Source: Acutalibacteraceae bacterium (lineage in GTDB: Bacteria > Bacillota > Clostridia > Oscillospirales > Acutalibacteraceae). Taken from it: DNA of 64,000 bases. Position numbers and translations under genes: made by a program. Location: positions 5,454 through 69,453 of the forward strand of contig JAZSOW010000016.1 in NCBI GenBank assembly GCA_045537135.1, given 5' to 3'. Positions 8,879 through 17,223 of this stretch are shown here, in pieces. Below the pieces are notes generated by a model that was not told the origin of the DNA, made no database searches, and saw only the letters and a list, made by a program, of their open reading frames with translations. The stretch's first letter is position 1. Each line of letters opens with the position of its first letter.

Positions 8879-8900
8879 AACCGATATCTTTTTCGGTGCG
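8879..8900. repeat. Right arm of the perfect 22-bp inverted repeat
   Basis: aaccgatatctttttcggtgcg is the reverse complement of 6416-6437. It lies about 20 bp upstream of a candidate -35/-10 (TTACAT/TATACT, minus strand) for the 717-aa gene. Confidence 0.9.
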
Positions 8901-8915
8901 ACATGCCAGAAATCC

Positions 8916-8948
8916 GAGGGACACCAAATTGGTGTCCCTCTGATTTTT
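8916..8948 (+). terminator. Orphan terminator-like hairpin
   Basis: Hairpin gagggacacc/ggtgtccctc with loop aaatt, followed by tgattttt on the + strand. There is no + strand gene upstream of it. Confidence 0.4.
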
Positions 8949-9130
8949 CGTTATGGATGGGTTTCCACCTCTATCGTTGGGCAAGGCATCCGACCGCCGC
9001 CGGTGGCGGATGAAGGGAGGATGGCTTGGCGCCGCGGTCAAAATCGGTAGTGACGATAGTCACGGCCACCGATTTTGGGCACCGCAAGAGGGCAAGCAAA
9101 CGCGTGAGCGTTTGTGAGAAAAAACCGAAG

Positions 9131-9162
9131 GTCGGAAGTTCGAATCTTCCTCCCGCAGCCAA
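9131..9162 (+). pseudogene. Orphan tRNA 3'-half (variable-loop-like aggtc, T arm, acceptor 3' strand, G discriminator, CCA)
   Basis: The sequence ggtc-ggaag-ttcgaat-cttcc-tcccgca-g-cca is a canonical T arm and acceptor tail of tRNA-Gln type (A72, G73). I found no matching 5' acceptor strand (tgcggga) within about 1 kb upstream. Confidence 0.6.
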
Positions 9163-9205
9163 AAAAGGAGTAACTTTTGTCTACCAAAAGTTACTCCTTT
9201 TTTAT
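9163..9205 (+). terminator. Intrinsic terminator directly after the tRNA-like tail
   Basis: A 17-bp stem aaaaggagtaacttttg/caaaagttactcctttt followed by a T-run. Confidence 0.7.
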
Positions 9206-9351
9206 CCAAGCCGCAGTCGTGTATATCATCACAGCAACACCGTATATAAATCCCCCACGGGGAGTGTGAAATGCCTGCGGGCGAAAAGCCTTGCATTTTC
9301 AGTCGATTCTGCTATAATGACGATAGACAACACCGTATGGAGGAGATCTGT

Positions 9352-10431
9352 ATGAAACTGCTGATTTTGGGCGATATTTGTCCAGTGGAAAACAGCGTGC
9401 CTTTGTTTGCTGCCGGAGAGACCGAGGCCCTGTTCGGGGACGTAAAGAGTCTGTTTGACGCGGCAGACTACGCCGTTGTCAACCTGGAATGTGCCATCAC
9501 CGACAGCGATAATGCTATCAAGAAGTTCGGTCCCAACCTAAAGGCACCGGCGGCCACCGCCCGGGTGCTGAAGGAACTGGGGGTGGACTGCTGTGGGCTG
9601 AGTAACAACCACATCTTTGACTTTGGCATTGAGGGTGCTTTGGACACTATGCGCGCCTTGGAGGCGGAGGGTATCGCCTACACCGGCTTCGGCAAGGATT
9701 ACGAGGATTCCCGTCGCAACCTAACGGTGGAAAAGGACGGCCAGCGCATCGCCATTGTGGCGGTGTGCGAGCACGAATTTTCCTATGCACTGGAGGATCG
9801 GATGGGCTCCCGCCCCTATGACGTGTACGACACCATCGCGGACGTGCGCCGCGCCAAGGAGACCCATGACCGGGTGATCGTGCTCTACCACGGCGGCAAG
9901 GAGCTGTGCCGTTACCCCTCCCCCCGTGTGCGCAAGCTTTGCCGAGCGTTGGTGGATAACGGCGCCGACGTAGTGGTCGGCCAGCACAGCCATTGCGTGG
10001 GCACCTACGAAGCGTATCACGGCGGTCACATTCTCCACGGCCAAGGCAACTTCCACTTCACTGGCCTTGGCACGTATGAAGGCTGGTTCGACTGCACGGC
10101 CCTCACCTACGACACCGTCACCGGGGAGGCCACCTTCACCCCCATCAAGGCGGATGGGTGCAGCCTCCACGTAGCCCAGGGTGAGGAGGCACAGGCGCTG
10201 ACGGACGCCTTCCAAAGCCGCAACGAGGAGCTGGCAGACGGCCGCTGGAAGGACGGCTGGCATCGGTTCTGCGTGGAAAGCACCTACTACATTGACCGGC
10301 TGGCCCCCGTCGCCACGTCGGGAGCTACGCAGGAGCAAAACGACCTGTTCGGCCACTATCTGGACTGCGAGGCTCATACCGACGTGTACCGCGAGCTGTT
10401 CCCCACCTATAATCTAACCAACGAAAAGTAA
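9352..10431 (+). CDS. CapA/PgsA-family metallophosphatase-like protein (poly-gamma-glutamate capsule synthesis family)
   Basis: Family blocks are present: ILGDICP, VNLECAIT, LSNNHIFDFG and VVVGQHSHC. RBS ggaggag lies 7 nt before the ATG at 9352. An extended -10 (tgcTATAAT) lies at about 9310-9318. Confidence 0.75.
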   Translation: MKLLILGDICPVENSVPLFAAGETEALFGDVKSLFDAADYAVVNLECAITDSDNAIKKFGPNLKAPAATARVLKELGVDCCGLSNNHIFDFGIEGALDTMRALEAEGIAYTGFGKDYEDSRRNLTVEKDGQRIAIVAVCEHEFSYALEDRMGSRPYDVYDTIADVRRAKETHDRVIVLYHGGKELCRYPSPRVRKLCRALVDNGADVVVGQHSHCVGTYEAYHGGHILHGQGNFHFTGLGTYEGWFDCTALTYDTVTGEATFTPIKADGCSLHVAQGEEAQALTDAFQSRNEELADGRWKDGWHRFCVESTYYIDRLAPVATSGATQEQNDLFGHYLDCEAHTDVYRELFPTYNLTNEK

Positions 10432-10476
10432 ACGAAGAAGCCGACCGATAGCATCTACTGTCGGTCGGCTGTTTTA

Positions 10477-11235
10477 TTAGATTTCCCGCCTGGCGCGGCG
10501 ATAGGCGTGTGCGGTAGTGCCCGTCACCTTTTTGAAGGTGCGGGAAAAATAATTGTAATCACCGAAGCCGCACTGCGGGGCAATGTCGGTCAGAGAGCTT
10601 TCGGTGGTCAGCATCAGGCTTTTGGCCATCTCTATGCGCTGCACCGCGATGAAATCGAACAGCGGGATCCCTGCCTGCTCGGAAAAGAGGGCGCAACAAT
10701 AATGCGGAGACAGGTGCACGGCGGCGGCAATCTCCGACAGCGTCATCGGCTCGGTGAGGTGGTGGGAAACGTAGCGCTTGATGTGCTTTACGTGAGGGTG
10801 CTCGTTGTGGACGGCAGTTTCCGCTAACTGGTGATAAAGGTACCAGAACAGAGCAACGCATTTCTCGTTCTTATGATCGGTCAGTGCCGTGGAGCACCGT
10901 TTGACCGACGTCAGTGTCTCAACGGTATCGCTGCGCAGACTGTTGCGCAGCACCCCCTTGCACAGTACGGGGAAATCCGCACCGTAGCTAACGTTGAAGC
11001 TGCAGTACAGCGCCGGCTTATCGGTGGCCAGCCGCTGACGCACCGAGCCTTGGGGGAACAATATCGCGTCCTCTGCCTGCAGCACCACCGTCTCGCCCTC
11101 GTACACGTAATGCATCTCCCCGCTGACACAATAGGTCAGATCCATATACGGGATACGGGTAGGCGGTAATGCCATTACACCGTCTCGCTTCTCATAGCAA
11201 AACCGTATGAATTGAACATCCGGGAACAGCGCCAT
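10477..11235 (-). CDS. AraC-family transcriptional regulator (cupin sensor plus HTH)
   Basis: The C-terminus has the AraC HTH signature (LSEIAAAVHLSPHYCCALF, FGDYNYFSRTFKKVTG). I chose the ATG at 11235 because an AAGGAG lies 10 nt upstream. Confidence 0.8.
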   Translation of the reverse strand: MALFPDVQFIRFCYEKRDGVMALPPTRIPYMDLTYCVSGEMHYVYEGETVVLQAEDAILFPQGSVRQRLATDKPALYCSFNVSYGADFPVLCKGVLRNSLRSDTVETLTSVKRCSTALTDHKNEKCVALFWYLYHQLAETAVHNEHPHVKHIKRYVSHHLTEPMTLSEIAAAVHLSPHYCCALFSEQAGIPLFDFIAVQRIEMAKSLMLTTESSLTDIAPQCGFGDYNYFSRTFKKVTGTTAHAYRRARREI

Positions 11236-11405
11236 GACAACCACGCTCCTTACGCACCCCAGTATAACAAAAGGAACGCTTCAGTGCAATCGAAAGTGAA
11301 TAATCTATCATAATATTATGCTAATTTACCGTTTTTAAGGTAACGACACAACTATTATAAAGAAGCCGCGCCTGCTACAATAAATGCAATAAAGGAGGGA
11401 GTTTT

Positions 11406-12497
11406 ATGGAACCGAAGCTTTTAACCACCCTATCCGGTAACCCCGTTACCACTAAGGAGGACTGGGAGCGCTACAGACGCAATGAATGTATGACCCTGCT
11501 GACCGAATACGCGTACGGTCGTGCCCCGGCCTACCTGCCCGATGATTTGCAGTTTTCCTCGGAGATCGTCAACAACGATCTGGAGGGGCTGATCCTCAAG
11601 AAGATCACGGTGTCCTTTAAGGGGTATTCCTTCACCGCAAGAGCCTTCTACAAGCCCTCGGACAAGCCGCTTCCCACCTTCCTTTACTACATGCATATCA
11701 AGGAAGAGCAGGACATGGACACCGACATTGAAAAACGCCCCACTACCGAGAACATTCCGATCCGCGACATCGCTGAGCGCGGCTATGCCGTGATCGTGCT
11801 GTATTTCACATCCATTCACGTGGACGATCTGTGCCGCACCAACTACGAGACCAGTATGTTCAAGGTCTTCTCTCCTCCCCGCCCGGAGCGTGATGAAAGC
11901 GAATGGTCGGCTATTGGCGCGTGGGCGTGGGCCTCGTCCCGACTGATGGACTACATCGAAACGGACGACACCTTTGACCGTGACCGCGTAGCTATAGTGG
12001 GCCATTCCCGTGGCGGCAAGACGGCCCTGTGGGCTGGCGCTTTGGACCAGCGGTTTGCCTTCATCGTGTCCAACTCCTCAGGCTGTATGGGAGCTGCCAT
12101 GCTCCGCGGCAAGACGGGAGAGCACCTGGCCTACATTACCTCCCACACAGATTGGCTGTGCAAAAAGCTCAACCGCTTTATTGAAAACGAGGATATGCTG
12201 CCCATCGATCAGCACATGCTGCTCGCCTGTATTGCTCCCCGCCCGTTGTATGTGGAAAGCAACTCTCTGGACGAGTGGTCCGACCCGGCCAGCGAACGGC
12301 GCGGTGCCATACTGGCCAGCGAGGTCTATGAGCTCTACGGTCAAAAGGGCATCGTGATCCCTGACGAGCCGGAGATCGGCACCTCCTACCACGAAGGTAT
12401 GATCGGGTATCACGTATCCGAAGGCACCCACAAGATCCGCAAGCACGATTGGGATAAGTTTATGGATTTCTGGGAGAAAAAGCAAGCAGAAAACTAA
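11406..12497 (+). CDS. CE15-like glucuronoyl esterase / alpha-beta hydrolase, no signal peptide
   Basis: The motif GHSRGGKTALWAG matches the CE15 G-C/H-S-R-x-G-K nucleophile block. There is a strong RBS (aaaggaggga). The N-terminus is not signal-like. Confidence 0.6.
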   Translation: MEPKLLTTLSGNPVTTKEDWERYRRNECMTLLTEYAYGRAPAYLPDDLQFSSEIVNNDLEGLILKKITVSFKGYSFTARAFYKPSDKPLPTFLYYMHIKEEQDMDTDIEKRPTTENIPIRDIAERGYAVIVLYFTSIHVDDLCRTNYETSMFKVFSPPRPERDESEWSAIGAWAWASSRLMDYIETDDTFDRDRVAIVGHSRGGKTALWAGALDQRFAFIVSNSSGCMGAAMLRGKTGEHLAYITSHTDWLCKKLNRFIENEDMLPIDQHMLLACIAPRPLYVESNSLDEWSDPASERRGAILASEVYELYGQKGIVIPDEPEIGTSYHEGMIGYHVSEGTHKIRKHDWDKFMDFWEKKQAEN

Positions 12498-12499
12498 CA

Positions 12500-12532
12500 A
12501 AGAAGCCGGGAGTTGCCTCCCGGCTTCTTTTC
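12500..12532. terminator. Bidirectional terminator (CE15 gene / SASP copy 2)
   Basis: Hairpin gaagccgggag/ctcccggcttc with loop ttgc, and T/A runs on both sides. Confidence 0.65.
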
Positions 12533-12546
12533 AGGTGAAACGGCGC

Positions 12547-12738
12547 TTATTTCAGGTTGTTCTCCTCATAAGCTTTGATCATCTTCTTCACCATCTGGCC
12601 GCCAATAGAGCCGGCCTGACGGGAAGTCAGGTCACCGTTGTAGCCCTGCTTCAGGGTCACGCCAACCTCGTTGGCAGCCTCCATCTTGAAGCGGTTCAGG
12701 CCCTCGCGAGCCTCAGGAACGATGTTCTTGCTGGTCAT
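12547..12738 (-). CDS. Small acid-soluble spore protein, alpha/beta type (copy 2)
   Basis: 63 aa (MTSKNIVPEAREG...). Residues 6-63 are identical to copy 1. The longer tracked ORF (to 12984) is an upstream extension. The RBS is gagaggtg. Confidence 0.9.
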   Translation of the reverse strand: MTSKNIVPEAREGLNRFKMEAANEVGVTLKQGYNGDLTSRQAGSIGGQMVKKMIKAYEENNLK

Positions 12739-12925
12739 AACGTACACCTCTCTGTCACACGCAGCGGTTTTGCCGCCGCAAAATCTTTCGCGTTTGCAGT
12801 AGTATTGTTCACCGGCAAAGCGCGAATATTGATGACAATTTGTGACAAAGAAACGAGTTTTTACCATGAAAAAGCCGGACAGCGTGCACTGTGCTGCTGT
12901 CCGGCTTTTGGGCTTGTTCTTTTGT

Positions 12926-13948
12926 TTAGCGCTGGACGCGACCGGAGCCGTCACCGCCGGCCAGCTTTTCCACTTCCTTGACACCGACGCGGTTAAAGTC
13001 GCCCTCGATGCTGTGCTTGAGCGCGGAGGCCGCCACGGCGAACTCGATGGCCGCCTGGGTGGACTTGCCGGTCAGCAGAGAGTAGATCAGGCCGCCGCCA
13101 AAGCTGTCGCCGCCGCCCACGCGGTCAACGATGTGCAGGTGGTAGCTCTTGGAGAAGCAGTAGTTCTCTCCATCGTACAGCATACCCGCCCAGTCATTAT
13201 CGTTGGCAGAGATGGAGGAACGCAGGGTGATGGCCACCTTCTCAAAGCCGAACTTATCCGCCAGCTGCTTAGCCACAGACTTGTAGCCCTCGTGGTTGAG
13301 CTTGCCGCCGGTGATGTCGGTGCCCTCGGCCTCGATGCCAAACACATCCTTGGCATCCTCCTCATTGGAGATGCACACATCCACGTACTGGCACAGCTCG
13401 GTCATCGCGGCACGAGCCTGCTCACGGGTCCACAGCTTGCCGCGGTAGTTCAGGTCGCAGGAGATCTTGACGCCCTTCTTCTTGGCGGCGATACAGGCCT
13501 GCTTGCAGATCTCCACCAGGTTCTCACCCAGAGCGGGCGTGATGCCGGTGAAGTGGAACCAATCGGCCCCCTCAAAGATGTCGTCCCAATCAAAATCCTC
13601 GGGAGTGGCCATCTGAATGGCAGAATAAGCACGGTCATAGATGCAGACACTGCCGCGCTGGGAAGCACCCTTCTCCAGATAGTAGATACCCACGCGCTCG
13701 CCGCCACGGACGATCTTGGAGGTATCCACACCGAAGTAGCGCAGGGAATCCACCGCCGCCTGGCCGATGGCATGGGCGGGCAGCTTGGTCACGTACACGC
13801 TGTCAAAGCCATAGTTGGCCAGGGACACGGACACGTTGGCCTCGCCACCGCCGAAGGTGGCCTGCATCTGGTCGTTCTGGAAGAAGCGGTAGTAGCCGTT
13901 GGGGGCCAACCGCAGCATGATCTCACCGAAGGTTACAACTCTTGCCAT
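12926..13948 (-). CDS. kdgK: 2-dehydro-3-deoxygluconokinase (PfkB family)
   Basis: The N-terminus VVTFGEIMLRLAPNGY...FGGGEANV and the C-terminal DRVGGGDSF motif are typical of KdgK. It is adjacent to eda. Confidence 0.85.
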   Translation of the reverse strand: MARVVTFGEIMLRLAPNGYYRFFQNDQMQATFGGGEANVSVSLANYGFDSVYVTKLPAHAIGQAAVDSLRYFGVDTSKIVRGGERVGIYYLEKGASQRGSVCIYDRAYSAIQMATPEDFDWDDIFEGADWFHFTGITPALGENLVEICKQACIAAKKKGVKISCDLNYRGKLWTREQARAAMTELCQYVDVCISNEEDAKDVFGIEAEGTDITGGKLNHEGYKSVAKQLADKFGFEKVAITLRSSISANDNDWAGMLYDGENYCFSKSYHLHIVDRVGGGDSFGGGLIYSLLTGKSTQAAIEFAVAASALKHSIEGDFNRVGVKEVEKLAGGDGSGRVQR

Positions 13949-13951
13949 GAC

Positions 13952-14578
13952 TTATTTCCCCTCTCTTGCTTCACGAATGTTCTTGACAAACAGAGCAGCG
14001 TTGGCTTTGACATCGCCCTTCATCAGGCTACTGCCGGCACCCACAGCCACCGCGCCGGCACGGATCCAGTCGCCGGCGTTCTCGGCGGTAACACCGCCGG
14101 TGGGCATGATCTGCACGTAGGGCAGCGGGCCGCGGATGTCCTTGATGAACGCGGGGCCAAACAGATCACCGGGGAACAGCTTGAGCACATCCACACCGGC
14201 CTCCATAGCTTCCACCGCCTCGGTGATGGTCAGGATGCCCGCCATGCTGGCCTTGCGATAGCGATTGCACACACGAGTGACCTCGGGATTAAAATGAGGA
14301 GATACGATGAACTCCGCGCCGGAAAGCAGAGCGATTCGTGCCGTCTCGCTGTCCAGCACCGTGCCGGCACCCAAAATGATCTCCTCCCCATACTTGCGGG
14401 AGATATCCTCAATCACCCGGTGGGCGTAGGGCACCGTAAAGGTCAACTCAATAGCCTTGATGCCGCCGTCAATGCACTTTTCCACGATCTCCATAGCTTT
14501 TTCGGAGGTCTCGCCGCGGACCACCGCGACCATACCGCTCTCTTTAATAGCGAGCAGGACTTCTTCTTTTGTACGCAT
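13952..14578 (-). CDS. eda: 2-dehydro-3-deoxyphosphogluconate (KDPG) aldolase / KHG aldolase
   Basis: 208 aa with Eda-family blocks (GIKAIELTF, GAGTVL, FIVSP, LKLFP, MPTGGV). Confidence 0.85.
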   Translation of the reverse strand: MRTKEEVLLAIKESGMVAVVRGETSEKAMEIVEKCIDGGIKAIELTFTVPYAHRVIEDISRKYGEEIILGAGTVLDSETARIALLSGAEFIVSPHFNPEVTRVCNRYRKASMAGILTITEAVEAMEAGVDVLKLFPGDLFGPAFIKDIRGPLPYVQIMPTGGVTAENAGDWIRAGAVAVGAGSSLMKGDVKANAALFVKNIREAREGK

Positions 14579-14611
14579 GGTTCCTTCACTCCTGTATGTT
14601 TATTTTGATCA

Positions 14612-14625
14612 TGTAAGGGCTTACA
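14612..14625. promoter_or_regulatory. LacI/CcpA-type palindromic operator TGTAAGGGCTTACA (site 1)
   Basis: A perfect 6-2-6 palindrome in the eda / lacI-type regulator divergent intergenic region. It is close to the ideal cre/LacI-family operator TGTAAGCGCTTACA. Confidence 0.6.
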
Positions 14626-14754
14626 CAATCTGTCAATTCCTATTGTACACAGAACAAAAAACAAAGTCAAGATGTTTCCCGGTTTTGTTTTGGAAAACCA
14701 AATAAAATTTTGGATTACCTATTGCAATTTGCCGAAAAAGCAGTATACTGTTTG

Positions 14755-14768
14755 TGTAAGGGCTTACA
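14755..14768. promoter_or_regulatory. LacI/CcpA-type palindromic operator TGTAAGGGCTTACA (site 2)
   Basis: An identical 14-mer lies 143 bp from site 1, just upstream of the regulator gene RBS. Confidence 0.6.
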
Positions 14769-14797
14769 TGATTTCCCTGTTTCAAGGAGGTGCATTC

Positions 14798-15784
14798 GTG
14801 AACATATATGACATTGCGGCTAAAAGCGGCGTATCCATCGCCACGGTTTCCCGGGTGCTCAATAACGCACCTAACGTGCGGGAGCAGACGCGGGAAAAGG
14901 TGCTGCAGATCATGCGGGAGGAGGGCTTCACCCCCAACAACTTTGCCCGGGGGTTGAGCCTTGGCTCTATGCGAATGGTAGGTATCCTGTGCACCAACAT
15001 CCGTGACCCCTTTTATTCCACCGCGGTAGGCTACGTGGAGGAATACCTGCGACAAAAGAATCTTAACGCGGTACTGCGTTGCACCGGCCCGGATATTATG
15101 GATAAGAAGATGGCACTGGAGTACATGGTACAGCAAAACATGGATGCCATCATCCTGGTAGGCTCCTCCTTCATTGAGGAGACGGACAACGCCCACATCG
15201 CCCAAGCGGCTCAGCATATGCCGGTGATCATCATCAACGGCTATGTGGATCTGCCGGGGGTATACTGTGTCACCTGTGACGAGCGCTCTGCCATGGCTGA
15301 GGTGACAGGGCTCCTGCTCAGCCGGACCCGGCAACGAGTGCTTCTTTTACACGGTGCCATGACCCAAAGCTGTAAGCAAAAGCTCGCCGGCTATGAGGAC
15401 GCCCACAAGGCGGCGGGAATCCCCGTACTATCCTCTCGCATTGTGCCGGTGGAACGCCAACTAGAGGATATCAACACCTGCGTCAAGCACCTGCTGGTTA
15501 CCGGTGTCACCTTTGATGCGGTCATCGGTACCGAGGATATTTTGGCGTTGGGAGCGCAAAAGGCACTGCAACGCATCGGACTAAACATGCCGGTGGTGGG
15601 CTTCAACAACTCCCAGCTGGCCCGTTGCTCCAGCCCGGAGCTGACCAGCATCGACAATGAGCTGGAGCATCTGTGCTCCACCGCCCTGCAGATGCTGGTG
15701 GATCTGCTGGATAAACAGGCGGTCACCGCCCACGTGACCGTTCCCGCCCGCCTGATAGAGCGGGAAAGCTTCCGTTTTAGCTAA
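14798..15784 (+). CDS. LacI-family transcriptional regulator (hexuronate locus)
   Basis: The N-terminal HTH is NIYDIAAKSGVSIATVSRVLNN, followed by a periplasmic-binding-fold core. I chose the GTG start at 14798 because aaggagg lies 7 nt upstream. Confidence 0.8.
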   Translation: MNIYDIAAKSGVSIATVSRVLNNAPNVREQTREKVLQIMREEGFTPNNFARGLSLGSMRMVGILCTNIRDPFYSTAVGYVEEYLRQKNLNAVLRCTGPDIMDKKMALEYMVQQNMDAIILVGSSFIEETDNAHIAQAAQHMPVIIINGYVDLPGVYCVTCDERSAMAEVTGLLLSRTRQRVLLLHGAMTQSCKQKLAGYEDAHKAAGIPVLSSRIVPVERQLEDINTCVKHLLVTGVTFDAVIGTEDILALGAQKALQRIGLNMPVVGFNNSQLARCSSPELTSIDNELEHLCSTALQMLVDLLDKQAVTAHVTVPARLIERESFRFS

Positions 15785-15814
15785 AAAAGCACAACGATAA
15801 AGGAGTAGACACTG

Positions 15815-17218
15815 ATGAAAGCATTTATGGACAAGGATTTCCTTCTCACCACCGATACCGCCAAGACACTGTACCACGATTATGCGGCGAAGATGCCCAT
15901 TATCGACTATCACTGCCATATCAACCCCCAGGAGATCGCGGAGGATCGTCGCTTTGAGAACATCACCCAGGTGTGGCTGGGTGGCGACCACTATAAGTGG
16001 CGCATGATCCGCTCCAACGGTGTGCCGGAGGAGGAGATCACCGGCGATGCGGATGACCGCATCAAGTTCCAGCGGTTTGCGGAGGCTATACCCCGCGCCA
16101 TCGGCAACCCCATGTACCACTGGACCCACCTGGAGCTACAGCGGTATTTCGGCTATAACGGTGTTCTGAACGGTGACACCGCCGAGGAGGTCTGGCAGCT
16201 GTGCAACAAGAAGCTGCAGGAGGATCCCAACATGACCGTGCGAGGGCTGATCCGCCAGTCCAACGTGAAGGTCATCGGTACCACCGACGATCCGGCGGAT
16301 ACCTTGGAGCATCACGCCGCCATCGCCGCCGAAGGGATCGAGGATTTCAAGGTCGTCCCCTCCTACCGCCCCGACAAGGCCGTAAACATCTACAAGGCCG
16401 GTTTTGTGGAGTATATCAGCAAGCTGGGTGCCGCCAACGGTGTGGACATCCGCACCGTCGCGGATGTGAAGAAGGCGCTGGCGGTGGCCATGGATCGCTT
16501 TGGCGCGCTGGGCTGTCAGGCGGCGGATCACGGTTTGGACTACGTGATGTACCGTCCCGTCACCGACGCCGCCGTAGAGGCTATTTTTAAGAAAGCCATG
16601 GCCGGCGAGGCTATTACCATGGATGAGGCGGAGCAGTACGTCACCGCCATCACCCTGTTCTGCGGCAAGGAATACGCCCGCCGCGGCTGGGTAATGCAGA
16701 TCCACTACTGCGTCCAGCGCAACACAAACACCCGCCGTTTCACCGCCCTGGGACCGGACGTGGGCTGCGACTGCATCTCCACCCACGAGTGCGGCGAGGC
16801 CCTTACCGCCCTGTTGGATGCTATGGATCGGGAGGATCTTCTGCCCAAGACGGTGCTGTACTCCCTCAACCCCGCCGACAACGCCCTGCTGGGCTCCGTG
16901 ATCGGTTGCTTCCAGGGCACCGGTGCCGCCGGTAAGATCCAGCATGGCTCCGCCTGGTGGTTTAATGACAACAAGACCGGCATGGAGCAGCAGATGACCG
17001 ACTTGGCCAACCTGTCGCTGCTTGGCAACTTCATCGGCATGCTCACCGATTCCCGCTCCTTCCTCTCCTACACCCGCCACGAGTATTTCCGCCGCATCCT
17101 GTGCAACCTCATCGGCAACTGGATGGAGAATGGGGAGTATCCCGCTGACATGGCCGCCGTGGGTGCCATGGTGCAGGATATCTCCTACAACAACGCTAAA
17201 GCGTACTTCGGGTTTTGA
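15815..17218 (+). CDS. uxaC: Glucuronate (uronate) isomerase
   Basis: 467 aa. The N-terminus FLLTTDTAKTLYHDYAAKMPIIDYHCHI and the block GDHYKWR are the classic UxaC signature. Confidence 0.9.
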   Translation: MKAFMDKDFLLTTDTAKTLYHDYAAKMPIIDYHCHINPQEIAEDRRFENITQVWLGGDHYKWRMIRSNGVPEEEITGDADDRIKFQRFAEAIPRAIGNPMYHWTHLELQRYFGYNGVLNGDTAEEVWQLCNKKLQEDPNMTVRGLIRQSNVKVIGTTDDPADTLEHHAAIAAEGIEDFKVVPSYRPDKAVNIYKAGFVEYISKLGAANGVDIRTVADVKKALAVAMDRFGALGCQAADHGLDYVMYRPVTDAAVEAIFKKAMAGEAITMDEAEQYVTAITLFCGKEYARRGWVMQIHYCVQRNTNTRRFTALGPDVGCDCISTHECGEALTALLDAMDREDLLPKTVLYSLNPADNALLGSVIGCFQGTGAAGKIQHGSAWWFNDNKTGMEQQMTDLANLSLLGNFIGMLTDSRSFLSYTRHEYFRRILCNLIGNWMENGEYPADMAAVGAMVQDISYNNAKAYFGF

Positions 17219-17223
17219 GTGCT

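Noticed and set aside
8956-9162. Possible tmRNA, tRNA-Sec, intron-containing tRNA or RNase P RNA.
   Set aside because: There is no 5' acceptor strand complementary to tcccgca within about 1 kb. I could find no tag-peptide reading frame ending in ALAA, and the discriminator is G rather than the A of tmRNA. No TCA anticodon loop or 8-bp acceptor is present. No RNase P conserved blocks are present. I kept it only as an orphan tRNA 3' half and candidate structured RNA.
12842-14608. A 588-aa + strand ORF covering kdgK and eda.
   Set aside because: It is antisense to two well-supported genes. Its composition is Ala/Gly/Leu/His-rich and low-complexity, as is typical of shadow ORFs in high-GC DNA. 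It has no RBS.
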